Assembly (NCBI GenBank): GCA_041660505.1
Contig: JBAZWG010000001.1
Location: 179,979 to 243,978 of the forward strand
Length of the DNA: 64,000 nucleotides
Source of the DNA: Minisyncoccota bacterium
GTDB lineage: Bacteria > Patescibacteriota > Minisyncoccia > Phycocordibacterales > JACRKE01
Direction of reading: 5' to 3'
Position numbers and translations under genes: made by a program. A model generated the notes under the pieces. That model saw nothing but the letters and a program-made list of their open reading frames with translations, did not search any database and was not told the DNA's origin. Each line of letters starts with the position of its first letter. Position 1 is the stretch's first letter. This document shows, one piece after another, positions 28,193 to 37,555 of the stretch.

Positions 28193-30133
28193 ATGGAACC
28201 ACAGCAACCAAAAAAATTCGTGCCCCAAGCGGCACGCGCGTTCGTTTCTGATGCACCTGCCCGCCATACCTTCGGCAAGTCGATGGCAGGCGGGCCAGCG
28301 CCACGGCGCGCGCCGATGCGTAAACAAACGTCCGTACGTCCGCGCCGAGAGCGTGGTCCGCAACACCGCTCACAACCGGCAAGCAGTCGACCGCACCATG
28401 AACGACATGACCAGGGTGAAGAAGAAAAGAAAAAGAAGGTGATCATTCCGCCGCTCGCGACGGACAGTATCCGCATCATTCCCTTGGGAGGCGTAGAGGG
28501 TGTCGGCATGAACATGACCGTCGTCGAATTTAATGGCGACATCTTCATTGTGGACGCTGGCTTCATGTTCCCAGGCGAGGACTCCCCCGGCGTCGACTAC
28601 ATCATCCCCGATGTCACCTATCTCGAAGAACGCAAGGATAAGATTCGTGGCATCTTCATCACCCACGGCCACTTGGACCACATCGGCAGTCTCCCTTACA
28701 TCATGCAAAAGTTGGGCAACCCGCCGGTCTACACGCGCCTCTTCGGCGCTATGATGATTAAGAAGCGCCAGGCCGAATTCCCCCAGATCCCGATGCCGGA
28801 CCTGCGCATCGTCGAGACCAACAGTCGCGTCAAGGCCGGCAATACTTACGTAAGGTTCTCTAACGTCACCCATACGATTCCGGATTCGATGTGCATAATT
28901 ATAGAGAGTCCTTGGGGCAATCTGCTCTTCATGGGCGATCTCAAGGTAGACCACATCGACCAAGTACCGCTGCCATCGGAGGTCAAGCTCTACACCGAGC
29001 TCGGCAAAGAGAATAATCTCTTCATGGCCGGCGACTCGACCAATACCCACAAGCCCGGCTGGTCCGACTCCGAGACGACAGTGCGCGAGAACTTGCGCGA
29101 GATCGTCCGTACCGCCAAGGGCCGCCTCATCATGGGTACCTTCGCGTCACTAGTCGACCGCGTTATTTACGTCATCACCGAGGCGGAGAAGATGGGCAAG
29201 AAGGTGATTATCGATGGCCGCGGCATGCGTGAATCAATTGAGATCGCTACCGAGCTTGGCCGAGTCAAGATGCAACCGGGCACAATAATCCCCGTAGAGG
29301 AAGTCGACAACTATCCGCCCGATCGCATCCTCATCATGGCGACCGGCGCGCAGGCGGATGAATATTCATCTCTCCAACGCATGTCGATCAAGACGCACAA
29401 ATATCTCAAGCTCCACAAAGGCGACACCATCGTGCTGTCGTCATCCGTAATTCCTGGCAACGAGAAGGGTGTGGAAATCTTGAAGGACAACCTCTCCCGC
29501 CAAGGTGCCAAGATAATCCATTATCGTCTCAAAGACGTGCACTCTTCCGGCCACGCCTACGGCGACGAGGCGACGTGGTTATACAAAATGGTCAAACCCA
29601 AATTCTTTATGCCGGTGCACGGTGGCCACTACATGCTCCGCATGCACGAGGAGGTGGCCATCGGCGCGGGCATCAAGCCCGAGAACATCGCCGTGCCGGA
29701 CAACGGTTCGATTGTCGAAATAACGGGTGGTGGTAAGAAGATTCATATATTAAAAGAAAAAGCACCGATAGACATGGTCATGGTGGACGCCATGGGCGAT
29801 GGCGCCGGCGTGCACGAGCTGGTCATCCGTGACCGCAAGGTCTTGGCCGAGGACGGCATGTTCGTCATCATCGCAACAATCGACGTCAAGACCGGCAAGC
29901 TCCGCCAATCCCCCGACATCATCTCGCGCGGCTTCGTCTATCTTAAAGAATCGCGCGAATTGTTAAAAGAAGTCCGCGGCCTCATTAAGAAGACAATAGA
30001 AAGTGTGACGGTAGATATGCACCCAATAAATATAGACTACGTGAAAAATCTGGTCAGAGAAAAAACCGGCCGCTTCCTCCTCCAAAAAACCCGCAAGCGC
30101 CCGATAATCCTGCCGGTCTTAATCGAGGTGTAA
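28193..30133 (+). CDS. rnj: Ribonuclease J
   Basis: PLGG...VGMNM, THGHLDHIG, VHSSGH, PVHG, RPIILPV. Confidence 0.96.
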   Translation: MEPQQPKKFVPQAARAFVSDAPARHTFGKSMAGGPAPRRAPMRKQTSVRPRRERGPQHRSQPASSRPHHERHDQGEEEKKKKVIIPPLATDSIRIIPLGGVEGVGMNMTVVEFNGDIFIVDAGFMFPGEDSPGVDYIIPDVTYLEERKDKIRGIFITHGHLDHIGSLPYIMQKLGNPPVYTRLFGAMMIKKRQAEFPQIPMPDLRIVETNSRVKAGNTYVRFSNVTHTIPDSMCIIIESPWGNLLFMGDLKVDHIDQVPLPSEVKLYTELGKENNLFMAGDSTNTHKPGWSDSETTVRENLREIVRTAKGRLIMGTFASLVDRVIYVITEAEKMGKKVIIDGRGMRESIEIATELGRVKMQPGTIIPVEEVDNYPPDRILIMATGAQADEYSSLQRMSIKTHKYLKLHKGDTIVLSSSVIPGNEKGVEILKDNLSRQGAKIIHYRLKDVHSSGHAYGDEATWLYKMVKPKFFMPVHGGHYMLRMHEEVAIGAGIKPENIAVPDNGSIVEITGGGKKIHILKEKAPIDMVMVDAMGDGAGVHELVIRDRKVLAEDGMFVIIATIDVKTGKLRQSPDIISRGFVYLKESRELLKEVRGLIKKTIESVTVDMHPINIDYVKNLVREKTGRFLLQKTRKRPIILPVLIEV

Positions 30134-30196
30134 CTTGGAAGCTAAGCTTCCAAGCGGGGTCCGACGCTTGGCATCTGGGAGCCCGACGCCGAGCGT

Positions 30197-31159
30197 CTAA
30201 AGCATTTCCTGTAACTTCTGTGTATTTCCGTGCTTTAGCAACCCGAGATAGGATTGCAGGGTAGCTGGATTGTGTAGCTTTTTCTGCAAGTTTCTAAACA
30301 TCCGTTTCTTCGTCGTCGTGCGCAGTACCCGGTGATCGGGAAAATGCACCCATCCCAGGAAGTCGACGCCAGAAGCAAGTGTAGCGATAGAAACCTTGTT
30401 CGGATGCAATGAAAGCTTGAGCATTATATTCAGAAAATCAGAAATTTGGGGAATGAGTTGTTCGAGTAATGTTTTGTCATCAGAAAGAAAGACAAAATCA
30501 TCTGCATAACGAATGTAATGCTTTACTTTTAGTTTGTGTTTCACATACTGATCGAACTCGTCCATGTAAATATTCACTAAAAGTTGCGAGGTCAGATTAC
30601 CGAGCGGCAGACCGGTTTGAAAACTTGAAATTACTTTCTCAAGCAACCACTGGACGTTCTCGTCAGAAATATATTCTGCAAGAATGCTAAAAATAATCTG
30701 GTGGTTGATGTTCGCAAAGAACTTGCGTATGTCGCATTTGAGTACCCAGCAGGTACGGGTATTATTCTTGGACATCCGATGTCCAAATTCTTCAAATCGC
30801 TTGAGTGCCTTGTGAGTTCCCTTTCGTAACCGACAAGAGTATGAGTCAGATATAAAAGTCCCGTCGAAGAAGGGATAGAGTTTGCGGTAGAGCGCGTGAT
30901 GTAATAACCTGTCGCGCACCGACGCCTTATGAATATCGCGAGGCTTGGGGTCATTAATTTTGAAGTGCTCATAGTGGCCGTGCATATAGGTAAAACTTTT
31001 CAATTCTCGATGAAGAGTCAAGATATTGTGCAGTAAATGTAACTGAAAAACTTGCACGTCGGCTTTCGTCTTTTTATCTCGAACAAAGTTTTGCCACGCA
31101 AATAACAAATTCTTTACGGAAATGATCTCTTCATAGCTAGTTGTAAACTTTTTTCTCAT
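30197..31159 (-). CDS. DGR reverse transcriptase (RT1)
   Basis: VRDRLLHHAL, LKCDIRKFF, GLPLGNLTSQ (GxxxSQ, DGR type), YIRYADDF; 320 aa, no maturase or endonuclease domain. Confidence 0.96.
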   Translation of the reverse strand: MRKKFTTSYEEIISVKNLLFAWQNFVRDKKTKADVQVFQLHLLHNILTLHRELKSFTYMHGHYEHFKINDPKPRDIHKASVRDRLLHHALYRKLYPFFDGTFISDSYSCRLRKGTHKALKRFEEFGHRMSKNNTRTCWVLKCDIRKFFANINHQIIFSILAEYISDENVQWLLEKVISSFQTGLPLGNLTSQLLVNIYMDEFDQYVKHKLKVKHYIRYADDFVFLSDDKTLLEQLIPQISDFLNIMLKLSLHPNKVSIATLASGVDFLGWVHFPDHRVLRTTTKKRMFRNLQKKLHNPATLQSYLGLLKHGNTQKLQEML

Positions 31160-31177
31160 ATGGTAGCTTTTTTAATT

Positions 31178-31584
31178 ATGCAAAATCAAAACCTTAAAAG
31201 TACCCCCCCCCCCGCAACACCCTGCCGCTTATTACGAAAGTAAAAGCAGTCTATATTTTGTGGCTTCCGGTTCATAAGAATATGCCAAGGCTCGAACGAT
31301 TTGGCCTTGGCGCGACCATCGAGAAAACTTTTCTTGATCTGCTCAATACGCTTCGCAAAGCTGCCTACGCAGACACGACTCATAAGTTACCGTTGCTTGA
31401 AGAAGCGATTGACGCGGTAGACTGCTTACGTTTCTTTTTACAGCTCGCATGGGAAACCAAGACTATCTCGCACAAACATCTTGCAATCATCGGCGAAGGC
31501 ATCGAGGAAGTTGGGCGCATGATCGGCGGATGGCGAAAAGGCCTGCTTACGAAAACCTCCACAACGCGTGCGGAGGAAAGATAA
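31178..31584 (+). CDS. avd: Avd-like four-helix-bundle accessory protein, frameshifted at a C11 tract
   Basis: MP..ERF.LG..I, LRFFLQLA, EVGRMIGGW motifs; ATG 31178 is out of frame with the body (track ORF starts at TTG 31258). Confidence 0.88.
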
Positions 31585-31588
31585 GGGT

Positions 31589-31699
31589 AGCGGGAGACGA
31601 CCTGATTGCCGTCGTTCCACCTGTTCGGGTTCTCGACCGAGTTCGCGTTGACGTTCCAGCCGTTGCCGGAGTTCCAGTTCGCGTTCACGACCCAGAGAA
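31589..31699 (-). repeat. DGR1 template repeat (TR1)
   Basis: Ungapped 111-nt match to 32058-32168; 26 adenines on the minus strand, 11 Asn (AAY) codons. Confidence 0.97.
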
Positions 31700-31965
31700 A
31701 CAAGCGCCACGCACCGTGCAGACTGCCATCCGTGCCACTGTTCTTTGAGTTCTTTTGGAATACTCGCCGAGCTGTATCGTGTCTGGGACATTCAAAGTCC
31801 GCCAGCAATCTGCACCGATCCTCACTCTTTTTTAGAGCTTGCTGTATCCACACTTGGTGCAGGCGTACCCGCACTAATTCTCGAATACAGGGATGCGAGG
31901 CCCTCTGCACAAGCCGTAGCCGGTGCAATGGAGTGGCCTTAACTTGAGAAGCTAGCATATGTAGA

Positions 31966-32023
31966 TAAAAAACAAAACCCCCCGATACCTGCCGCCAAAG
32001 CGACAAAGTGTCAGAGGGCTTAA
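31966..32023 (-). terminator. G-U-rich hairpin and U-run downstream of target 1
   Basis: Minus strand AAGCCCTCTGACACTTTGTCGC-TTTG-GCGGCAGGTATCGGGGGGTTTTGTTTTTT. Confidence 0.6.
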
Positions 32024-32055
32024 GAAGAAAGAATAAGTGACCGAGGTAAACAGGA

Positions 32056-32787
32056 TCAGCGGGAGACGACCTGAAGGCCGACGCTCCACCTGAGCGGGCC
32101 CTCGACCGAGCGCGCGAGGACGTACCAGCCGTTGCCGGAGTCCCAGCCCGCGCTCACGAACCAGAGAACGCCATTTTCGTCCTCGACATACGCGATGTTC
32201 GCGTAGCCGTTGACGAGGAGCGGGCCAGTCTCTCCGCGGGGCTGCTGCAACAGCATACCCCAGAAGTGGGCTAGCTTGATGACCCGGCGAGCTTCATCGA
32301 GCTCGCTCATGATTTCGGGATCGAGTGAGGAACGGAGGAGGGTGTGGCAGCGCAGCTCGGCCTTCTCGACGTCGGTCTCGATCTTGTTCGAGAAGTTCGC
32401 CTTGAAGTTGTCGCCCAGGTAGTAGATCTGGACGGCGGCCTTCGCGGAGGTGTCGAGCTTGAAGTGCTTCTTCACTTCGAACTTGTCGTAGGACGGCACG
32501 ATGGTCGTGCCTTCGACGAGCTTGAGCCGCGGCTGCGCGGGCGGTGCGGATGGCGAGACAACCTCGGGCTTGACGACGAGCGTCTTGCCCGAGTTGATGG
32601 CTGCACACGCGTCCGCCATCTGTTCCCGCACGGACTTCTTGTCCTTGTGCGCGAGCGCCGCCTGTTGCTCAGGCGTAAGCTTGCCGAGGAGTTCGGCGGC
32701 GAGGAGGAGTCGCGCATTTGCGATCTTCCCCGCGAGGTCGTAGGACGCTCCGCGTCCTCGGGTGTCGGGCAATCCCTTTCTGGGCAT
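32056..32787 (-). CDS. DGR1 target protein (243 aa) with C-terminal variable region, probably CLec-like fold
   Basis: AAGGAGG SD before ATG 32787; last 37 codons are VR1 (LWFVSAGWDSGNGWYVLARSVEGPLRWSVGLQVVSR*). Confidence 0.92.
   Translation of the reverse strand: MPRKGLPDTRGRGASYDLAGKIANARLLLAAELLGKLTPEQQAALAHKDKKSVREQMADACAAINSGKTLVVKPEVVSPSAPPAQPRLKLVEGTTIVPSYDKFEVKKHFKLDTSAKAAVQIYYLGDNFKANFSNKIETDVEKAELRCHTLLRSSLDPEIMSELDEARRVIKLAHFWGMLLQQPRGETGPLLVNGYANIAYVEDENGVLWFVSAGWDSGNGWYVLARSVEGPLRWSVGLQVVSR
32058..32168 (-). repeat. DGR1 variable repeat (VR1)
   Basis: 18 mismatches to TR1, 17 at TR adenines. Confidence 0.97.
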
Positions 32788-32981
32788 TGGACACCTCCTT
32801 CCCACACAGCGGTGGGGTACACGGTAAATGATAGTCTTGCAACCGAGCAAGTATCATTAACCGCGATCACTTATCGGTTTTCAATATAGCGAAGCTGCCG
32901 TATAATTTAGCATACTCTTTCGATATATGTCAATAGCAGTTATCCAGAACTAATTTTGTCACCGCGCGATATAATAGAGAT

Positions 32982-34157
32982 ATGACCAAAGCTGTTTCGG
33001 GCAAGCTTCTGCAATTTGTTTATGCGAGTAATTTTTTCTATGGCCTTCATTTCGCGCTCGTTGTCTATGTGCTCTCCACCTACATTGCAAGCTATATCGG
33101 CGAGACTTATGTGGGACTGGTTTATGCGAGCATCGCGCTTATCTCGATATTCTTCTCGCTTAATTTCTTCCGTCTAATCAATTGGTTGGGGCATCGCAAG
33201 CTCACTCTTATACTTTTTGCTGTTACAATACTTTCGTCGCTTGCACTTGCGTTCTCGTCAGATGCCGTTACAGCCATAATCTTCGTTGTTATCTATTCTG
33301 TCGCGGAATTCCTGCTTCTTATCGCCTTCGATCTTGCTGTCGAGAAGTTGTCGAATGACGCAACCACCGGCAATATCCGCGGAGTTTACTTGACCATGTA
33401 CAACCTGGCCTTCGTCGCCGGCCCGCTTATCACAGGCAGTATTATCGGCAATGATAGCTACCCTCTCATGTTCGTCACGGCCGCGTTAATTTTATTACCG
33501 TCCCTTGCTATCTGCATCTTCGGCCTTAAAGGCCTCCCGGAGATAAAGCCTCGCGACCACCATCTGCGCGATGGCTTACGCGTACTGAACAGGAATGTTA
33601 ACATTCGCAAGATATTCATTTCGACATTTGTACTCGAATTTTTCTATACCTGGATGACAATCTACACGCCGCTCTATTTGCATCAATACGCAGGATTTGC
33701 CTGGAGCGATATCGGCTTTATCTTTATGATTATGCTCCTGCCTTTTGTGTTCTTTGAGCTACCTCTTGGTGTCATCGCCGACAGATATTTGGGCGAGCAA
33801 GAGATACTCACCGCCGGGTTCATAATCGCCGCAGTATCCACGGCCGGGCTCTACTTCCTCGGATACACAAGCATCGTCCCGTGGGCGGCGCTCTTATTCC
33901 TCACCCGCACCGGTGCCTCGGCGATAGAGATAATGAACGAGACTTATTTCTTCAAACAGATTGGCCCGCGCGACGCTGGTGTCATCGCTTTCTTCCGCAA
34001 CGCCCGCCAGTTTAATTATATTGTCGCACCAATCGTCGCGATTATTTTGCTTCAGATTATGCCGATGCAAGGACTATTTCTGGCGCTTGGTATCGTAATG
34101 CTCGTAGGCGCATATAACGCCTCTTCGCTTCAGGATACCGAACCGTCAAGAGCTTAG
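32982..34157 (+). CDS. MFS transporter
   Basis: About 12 TM helices, G.IADRY.G motif, 391 aa. Confidence 0.88.
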   Translation: MTKAVSGKLLQFVYASNFFYGLHFALVVYVLSTYIASYIGETYVGLVYASIALISIFFSLNFFRLINWLGHRKLTLILFAVTILSSLALAFSSDAVTAIIFVVIYSVAEFLLLIAFDLAVEKLSNDATTGNIRGVYLTMYNLAFVAGPLITGSIIGNDSYPLMFVTAALILLPSLAICIFGLKGLPEIKPRDHHLRDGLRVLNRNVNIRKIFISTFVLEFFYTWMTIYTPLYLHQYAGFAWSDIGFIFMIMLLPFVFFELPLGVIADRYLGEQEILTAGFIIAAVSTAGLYFLGYTSIVPWAALLFLTRTGASAIEIMNETYFFKQIGPRDAGVIAFFRNARQFNYIVAPIVAIILLQIMPMQGLFLALGIVMLVGAYNASSLQDTEPSRA

Positions 34158-34172
34158 TCTTTATTTCTTCGT

Positions 34173-34622
34173 CTATTCTATTACCTTTTCTTCGAAATAA
34201 GAGACTACGCCCAATATTATAATAGCGAGGACAGCAGAAAATGTGGCGAGAATATAATATCCGAGCCCGCAGGCCATTCCGACACCGGCAGTTGCCCAGA
34301 GCCCGGCCGCGGTGGTAAGACCGTTCATGTGTTCGTGTTTCAAGAAAATGAGACCGGTACCAATGAAGCCAATACCGGAGATGACGGTGGCCAGAACATT
34401 CGCAAGAGCAATGGATGAAACGGGTATCGATGTTAAAGCAACCTGTTCGCCGATGATTGCAAAGAGAGCCGCCGCAAGTGCGATAAGTGAAAAAGTGCGC
34501 ATCCCGGCCGTCTTGTGCGCCAAAGACCGTTCCGTACCGATAAGTAAACCGAGTAATGCCGCAACAACAAGTCTAATAAAAAGCTCGTAGGTTCCGGCGT
34601 CAATGAGAAATTCTTGTATCAT
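34173..34622 (-). CDS. MgtC/SapB family membrane protein
   Basis: LIG.ER...K.AGMRT, GIGFIG.G, GLTTAAGLW. Confidence 0.92.
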   Translation of the reverse strand: MIQEFLIDAGTYELFIRLVVAALLGLLIGTERSLAHKTAGMRTFSLIALAAALFAIIGEQVALTSIPVSSIALANVLATVISGIGFIGTGLIFLKHEHMNGLTTAAGLWATAGVGMACGLGYYILATFSAVLAIIILGVVSYFEEKVIE

Positions 34623-34624
34623 GG

Positions 34625-37555
34625 CTATAGTATATCGCGAAGACGGCAATATTCACACTGTTTATCCCCACATCTTTTCTGCCAGAACGACAGGTTTAGT
34701 ATCTCGTTGGCGACCCGCGCAACTTCTTCTTCTAATTTCGATACTTCTTCTTTAGTTATCGTGAAGACTTCTTTTTTGTATTTGCCGATATTCTTGCCTG
34801 CCTGCCGGCGAGGCAGGTCCGGGATAATAAAGTCTATCATGCCGGTCTGCATATTATATTTCTCCTCTTCGTATCTGTCTAACAGAAGTTTATAAAACAC
34901 CAACTGGCGGTGATAATCCCCTTCGGAATTCTTAGTTTTACCCAAGATTTCATTTCGGGATTTAATCTTGCCGGTTTTATAGTCCACTACGTTTACGGCT
35001 CCGTCTGTTATTTCGAGTTTATCGAGTTTGCCAGTCAGTCTTAATTCGCCATCTCCGACCGGAAACATAACGTCTATAGGAAATTCATTTTTTATATCTC
35101 TAGCCCAAGAGTTTTTGTACGCGTCATAATAACCGGATATGGCATCTTTGCCATTTTTCTTTATCTCTGTTAATTCTTTATCGGTGAAATATTCTTTCTC
35201 AAGTTCCCTGTCCAGAGTCTCCAGCAATTCTTTCTTACCCATGTCTTCTTGAACACGATACTTATCGAAGAATTTCTTAAGTGTTGCGTGCACCGCGTTG
35301 CCGAACATGAGCGAGCTGTTCTGCGGCTCGGGAATGCGCAAGAGATTGCGATAGAAATATTTCCACGGACAAGACAGGTAATTATTAAGGCCAGTAACCG
35401 CAAGACCTCTCTCTGATAGCGTCTCGCGCACAAAATCCTGGATATCTTTTCTCGTTTGCGACGTTACAGTCGGCACCAGTATCTGCGCCACTCGTCCCAC
35501 AAGACCGCCTTGTGTAATAGCACACAAGGCGGTCTTGTGTAATAACTTCTCTGGCAGGTCCGCGATAAATCTGCTAGGCAGGAGTGTCGCTCCGTCTTCG
35601 CGCGAAGTTGCGTAGCTTATAGTGAGCTCTTTTTTCGCCCGCGTCATTGCGACGAAAAACAGTTTGCGCTCGTCCGCCTCCTCTTCTTCTTTGGTCGAGG
35701 CAACAATCCCCGGGATTTTGAATACCGTTCGGCTCGCTCGCCCGCCCCAGTTGCCTTCTACGACGCCCGTTATATACACGTGTTCATATTCAAGACCCTT
35801 TGCTTTATGAGCGGTCATTACGAGGACGCGTCCGGCTCGTCTCGTGCCTACGCGACTTTCGAGGACGTTATACTCATCAAGCAAGGATAACACTTTCGCG
35901 ATGTCTTTGATCCGAGCCGAACGGTGAGTTTTAGTATAATCTTCCAGATACGTCAATAAGCGCGCGAGCTTATCCAGCTCTGTGTCTGCATCCGAGTGGG
36001 CAATAAATTGGTTTAACAAGCCTGACTCGCGCAGAATATTAGAGATGAGTTCTGCCGGTGATACGTTCGCGCCAACCTTGGCCCACGAAAGGATAAGTTG
36101 GCGCGCGCGTTCTATCTCGCCTCCCGCACGGACGCGCCATGCCGATATTTTTTTTCTCCGCGCCTCTCGCGCGAGCTCGTATATCTCGAGCTCGTTTATA
36201 TTAAAGCAATCAAGATGCAGAGCCGAGATAAGCGCGAAGTCTTCACCAACTTGCGCCGCCGCATTGAACAAAATCAGCAGTTTCTCTATCAGCGGATCGT
36301 CAAGAATATCTTCCTTTGTTTCTACGGACAAAGCGACGCCGCTCCTTGCAAGCGCCGCCGCATATTGCCCGAGCTCTTTATTGGTGCGGGTAAAGATTGC
36401 GATTTCTTCGGGATTTACGCCTGATTTTATCTTTTTAGAAATTTCTTGTGCAATACAATCTGCTTCGTCCGGCACACTCGCACATTCGTATACCTTTATA
36501 AAAGACTCTTTACGCTTTGCCTTAGCAACAAGATCGGCTCCGGCAATATCCAAAATATTCTGCGTCGAGCGATAATTTTCGGTCAGTGTTATTATCTTCG
36601 CGTCTGGATATTGTTTCTTAAAATTAGTAAAGTTTTCGTGCGAGGCGCCTTGGAATCTGTATATTGCCTGCTTCTCATCGCCGACAATGAATATATTGGG
36701 AGAATCATGAAAGTCTGCGAGCAAATCAAGCACTCTGTTCTGCGCGCCGTTGCCATCCTGATACTCATCGGCAAGCAGATATTGGTACTCCTCTTGCAGA
36801 ATAAGCTTCAAATTTTTATTTGTCTCGAGCGCCGTCACAAGCGCGAGTATCATATCCTCGTAGTCATAGAATAAACTATCGGCGAGTGCTTCTTCATATT
36901 TTTTATAGAGCAAGGCGAGTTCGCGATTCTTAATTATCGCTTCCTCGCGCTTTTGATATTCACCTTTTACTTTGCCTTTATGCGGGCCTTTAATATGTCT
37001 GTAGTCATCTGCCTTTCTGATTACCTGTTCTTCTTTTTTTAAACGAGCGAGAAGTTCACGCGGACTTATGATCTCACGTTTGAGTAAAGAAATTGCCGAA
37101 AGCGTTTTTTGCAGATAGTGGTATGGCGCTCTGTGCGAAGCAAGATGTTCAAGATCGGCAATATCAAAGACTTTTTGCATCAGCAAAATGCGGTCGAGTT
37201 CTGAACATGGCCGCGAGCCCGCCAAGTCGGGGAAATGCTCCGAAAAGCGATTAATCACTTCATTCGCGAACCCGTGGAAGGTAAAAATGGGCACGCGGTA
37301 TGCCGTAACGCCGATTATGGAGACCAGACGCTCGCGCATCGCGGTAACACCGGCATCGGTAAAGGTGAGCGCCAAAATCTGCTCCGGCGCCGTGTCGGTC
37401 TTCTTTAGGATATTCGCAATGCGAAGAGTCAGTATTTGGGTCTTGCCGGTACCGGGGCCGGCCACAACCATCACCGGACCTTCTATATTATCTACAGCAC
37501 TTCTCTGTGCTTTATTCAGTTTTTTGTATATTTCGGTGAAGATTTTAGATGCCAA
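34625..37555 (-). CDS. UvrD/PcrA-family helicase with C-terminal PD-(D/E)XK nuclease and Cys cluster
   Basis: AGPGTGKT, DEYQD, VGDEKQAIYRFQGA, TAHKAKGLE, GKLDK...VVDYKTG, C....C..C. Confidence 0.92.
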   Translation of the reverse strand: MASKIFTEIYKKLNKAQRSAVDNIEGPVMVVAGPGTGKTQILTLRIANILKKTDTAPEQILALTFTDAGVTAMRERLVSIIGVTAYRVPIFTFHGFANEVINRFSEHFPDLAGSRPCSELDRILLMQKVFDIADLEHLASHRAPYHYLQKTLSAISLLKREIISPRELLARLKKEEQVIRKADDYRHIKGPHKGKVKGEYQKREEAIIKNRELALLYKKYEEALADSLFYDYEDMILALVTALETNKNLKLILQEEYQYLLADEYQDGNGAQNRVLDLLADFHDSPNIFIVGDEKQAIYRFQGASHENFTNFKKQYPDAKIITLTENYRSTQNILDIAGADLVAKAKRKESFIKVYECASVPDEADCIAQEISKKIKSGVNPEEIAIFTRTNKELGQYAAALARSGVALSVETKEDILDDPLIEKLLILFNAAAQVGEDFALISALHLDCFNINELEIYELAREARRKKISAWRVRAGGEIERARQLILSWAKVGANVSPAELISNILRESGLLNQFIAHSDADTELDKLARLLTYLEDYTKTHRSARIKDIAKVLSLLDEYNVLESRVGTRRAGRVLVMTAHKAKGLEYEHVYITGVVEGNWGGRASRTVFKIPGIVASTKEEEEADERKLFFVAMTRAKKELTISYATSREDGATLLPSRFIADLPEKLLHKTALCAITQGGLVGRVAQILVPTVTSQTRKDIQDFVRETLSERGLAVTGLNNYLSCPWKYFYRNLLRIPEPQNSSLMFGNAVHATLKKFFDKYRVQEDMGKKELLETLDRELEKEYFTDKELTEIKKNGKDAISGYYDAYKNSWARDIKNEFPIDVMFPVGDGELRLTGKLDKLEITDGAVNVVDYKTGKIKSRNEILGKTKNSEGDYHRQLVFYKLLLDRYEEEKYNMQTGMIDFIIPDLPRRQAGKNIGKYKKEVFTITKEEVSKLEEEVARVANEILNLSFWQKRCGDKQCEYCRLRDIL

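Larger units (their letters stand above)
30197..32787 (-). mobile_element. Diversity-generating retroelement DGR1 (target-VR, TR, antisense avd, RT)
   Basis: DGR-type RT, Avd-like ORF and a 111-nt TR/VR pair with adenine-specific mismatches. Confidence 0.96.

Noticed and set aside
30197-31159. RTs as group II intron, retron or Abi RTs
   Set aside because: Both are about 320-330 aa with GxxxSQ, lack maturase/endonuclease domains and a VTG retron motif, and have adjacent TR/VR pairs
31380-32006. 208-aa minus-strand ORF spanning TR1
   Set aside because: TRs are stop-free in the VR frame by construction; it overlaps avd antisense and a terminator, and DGR2 has no equivalent long ORF
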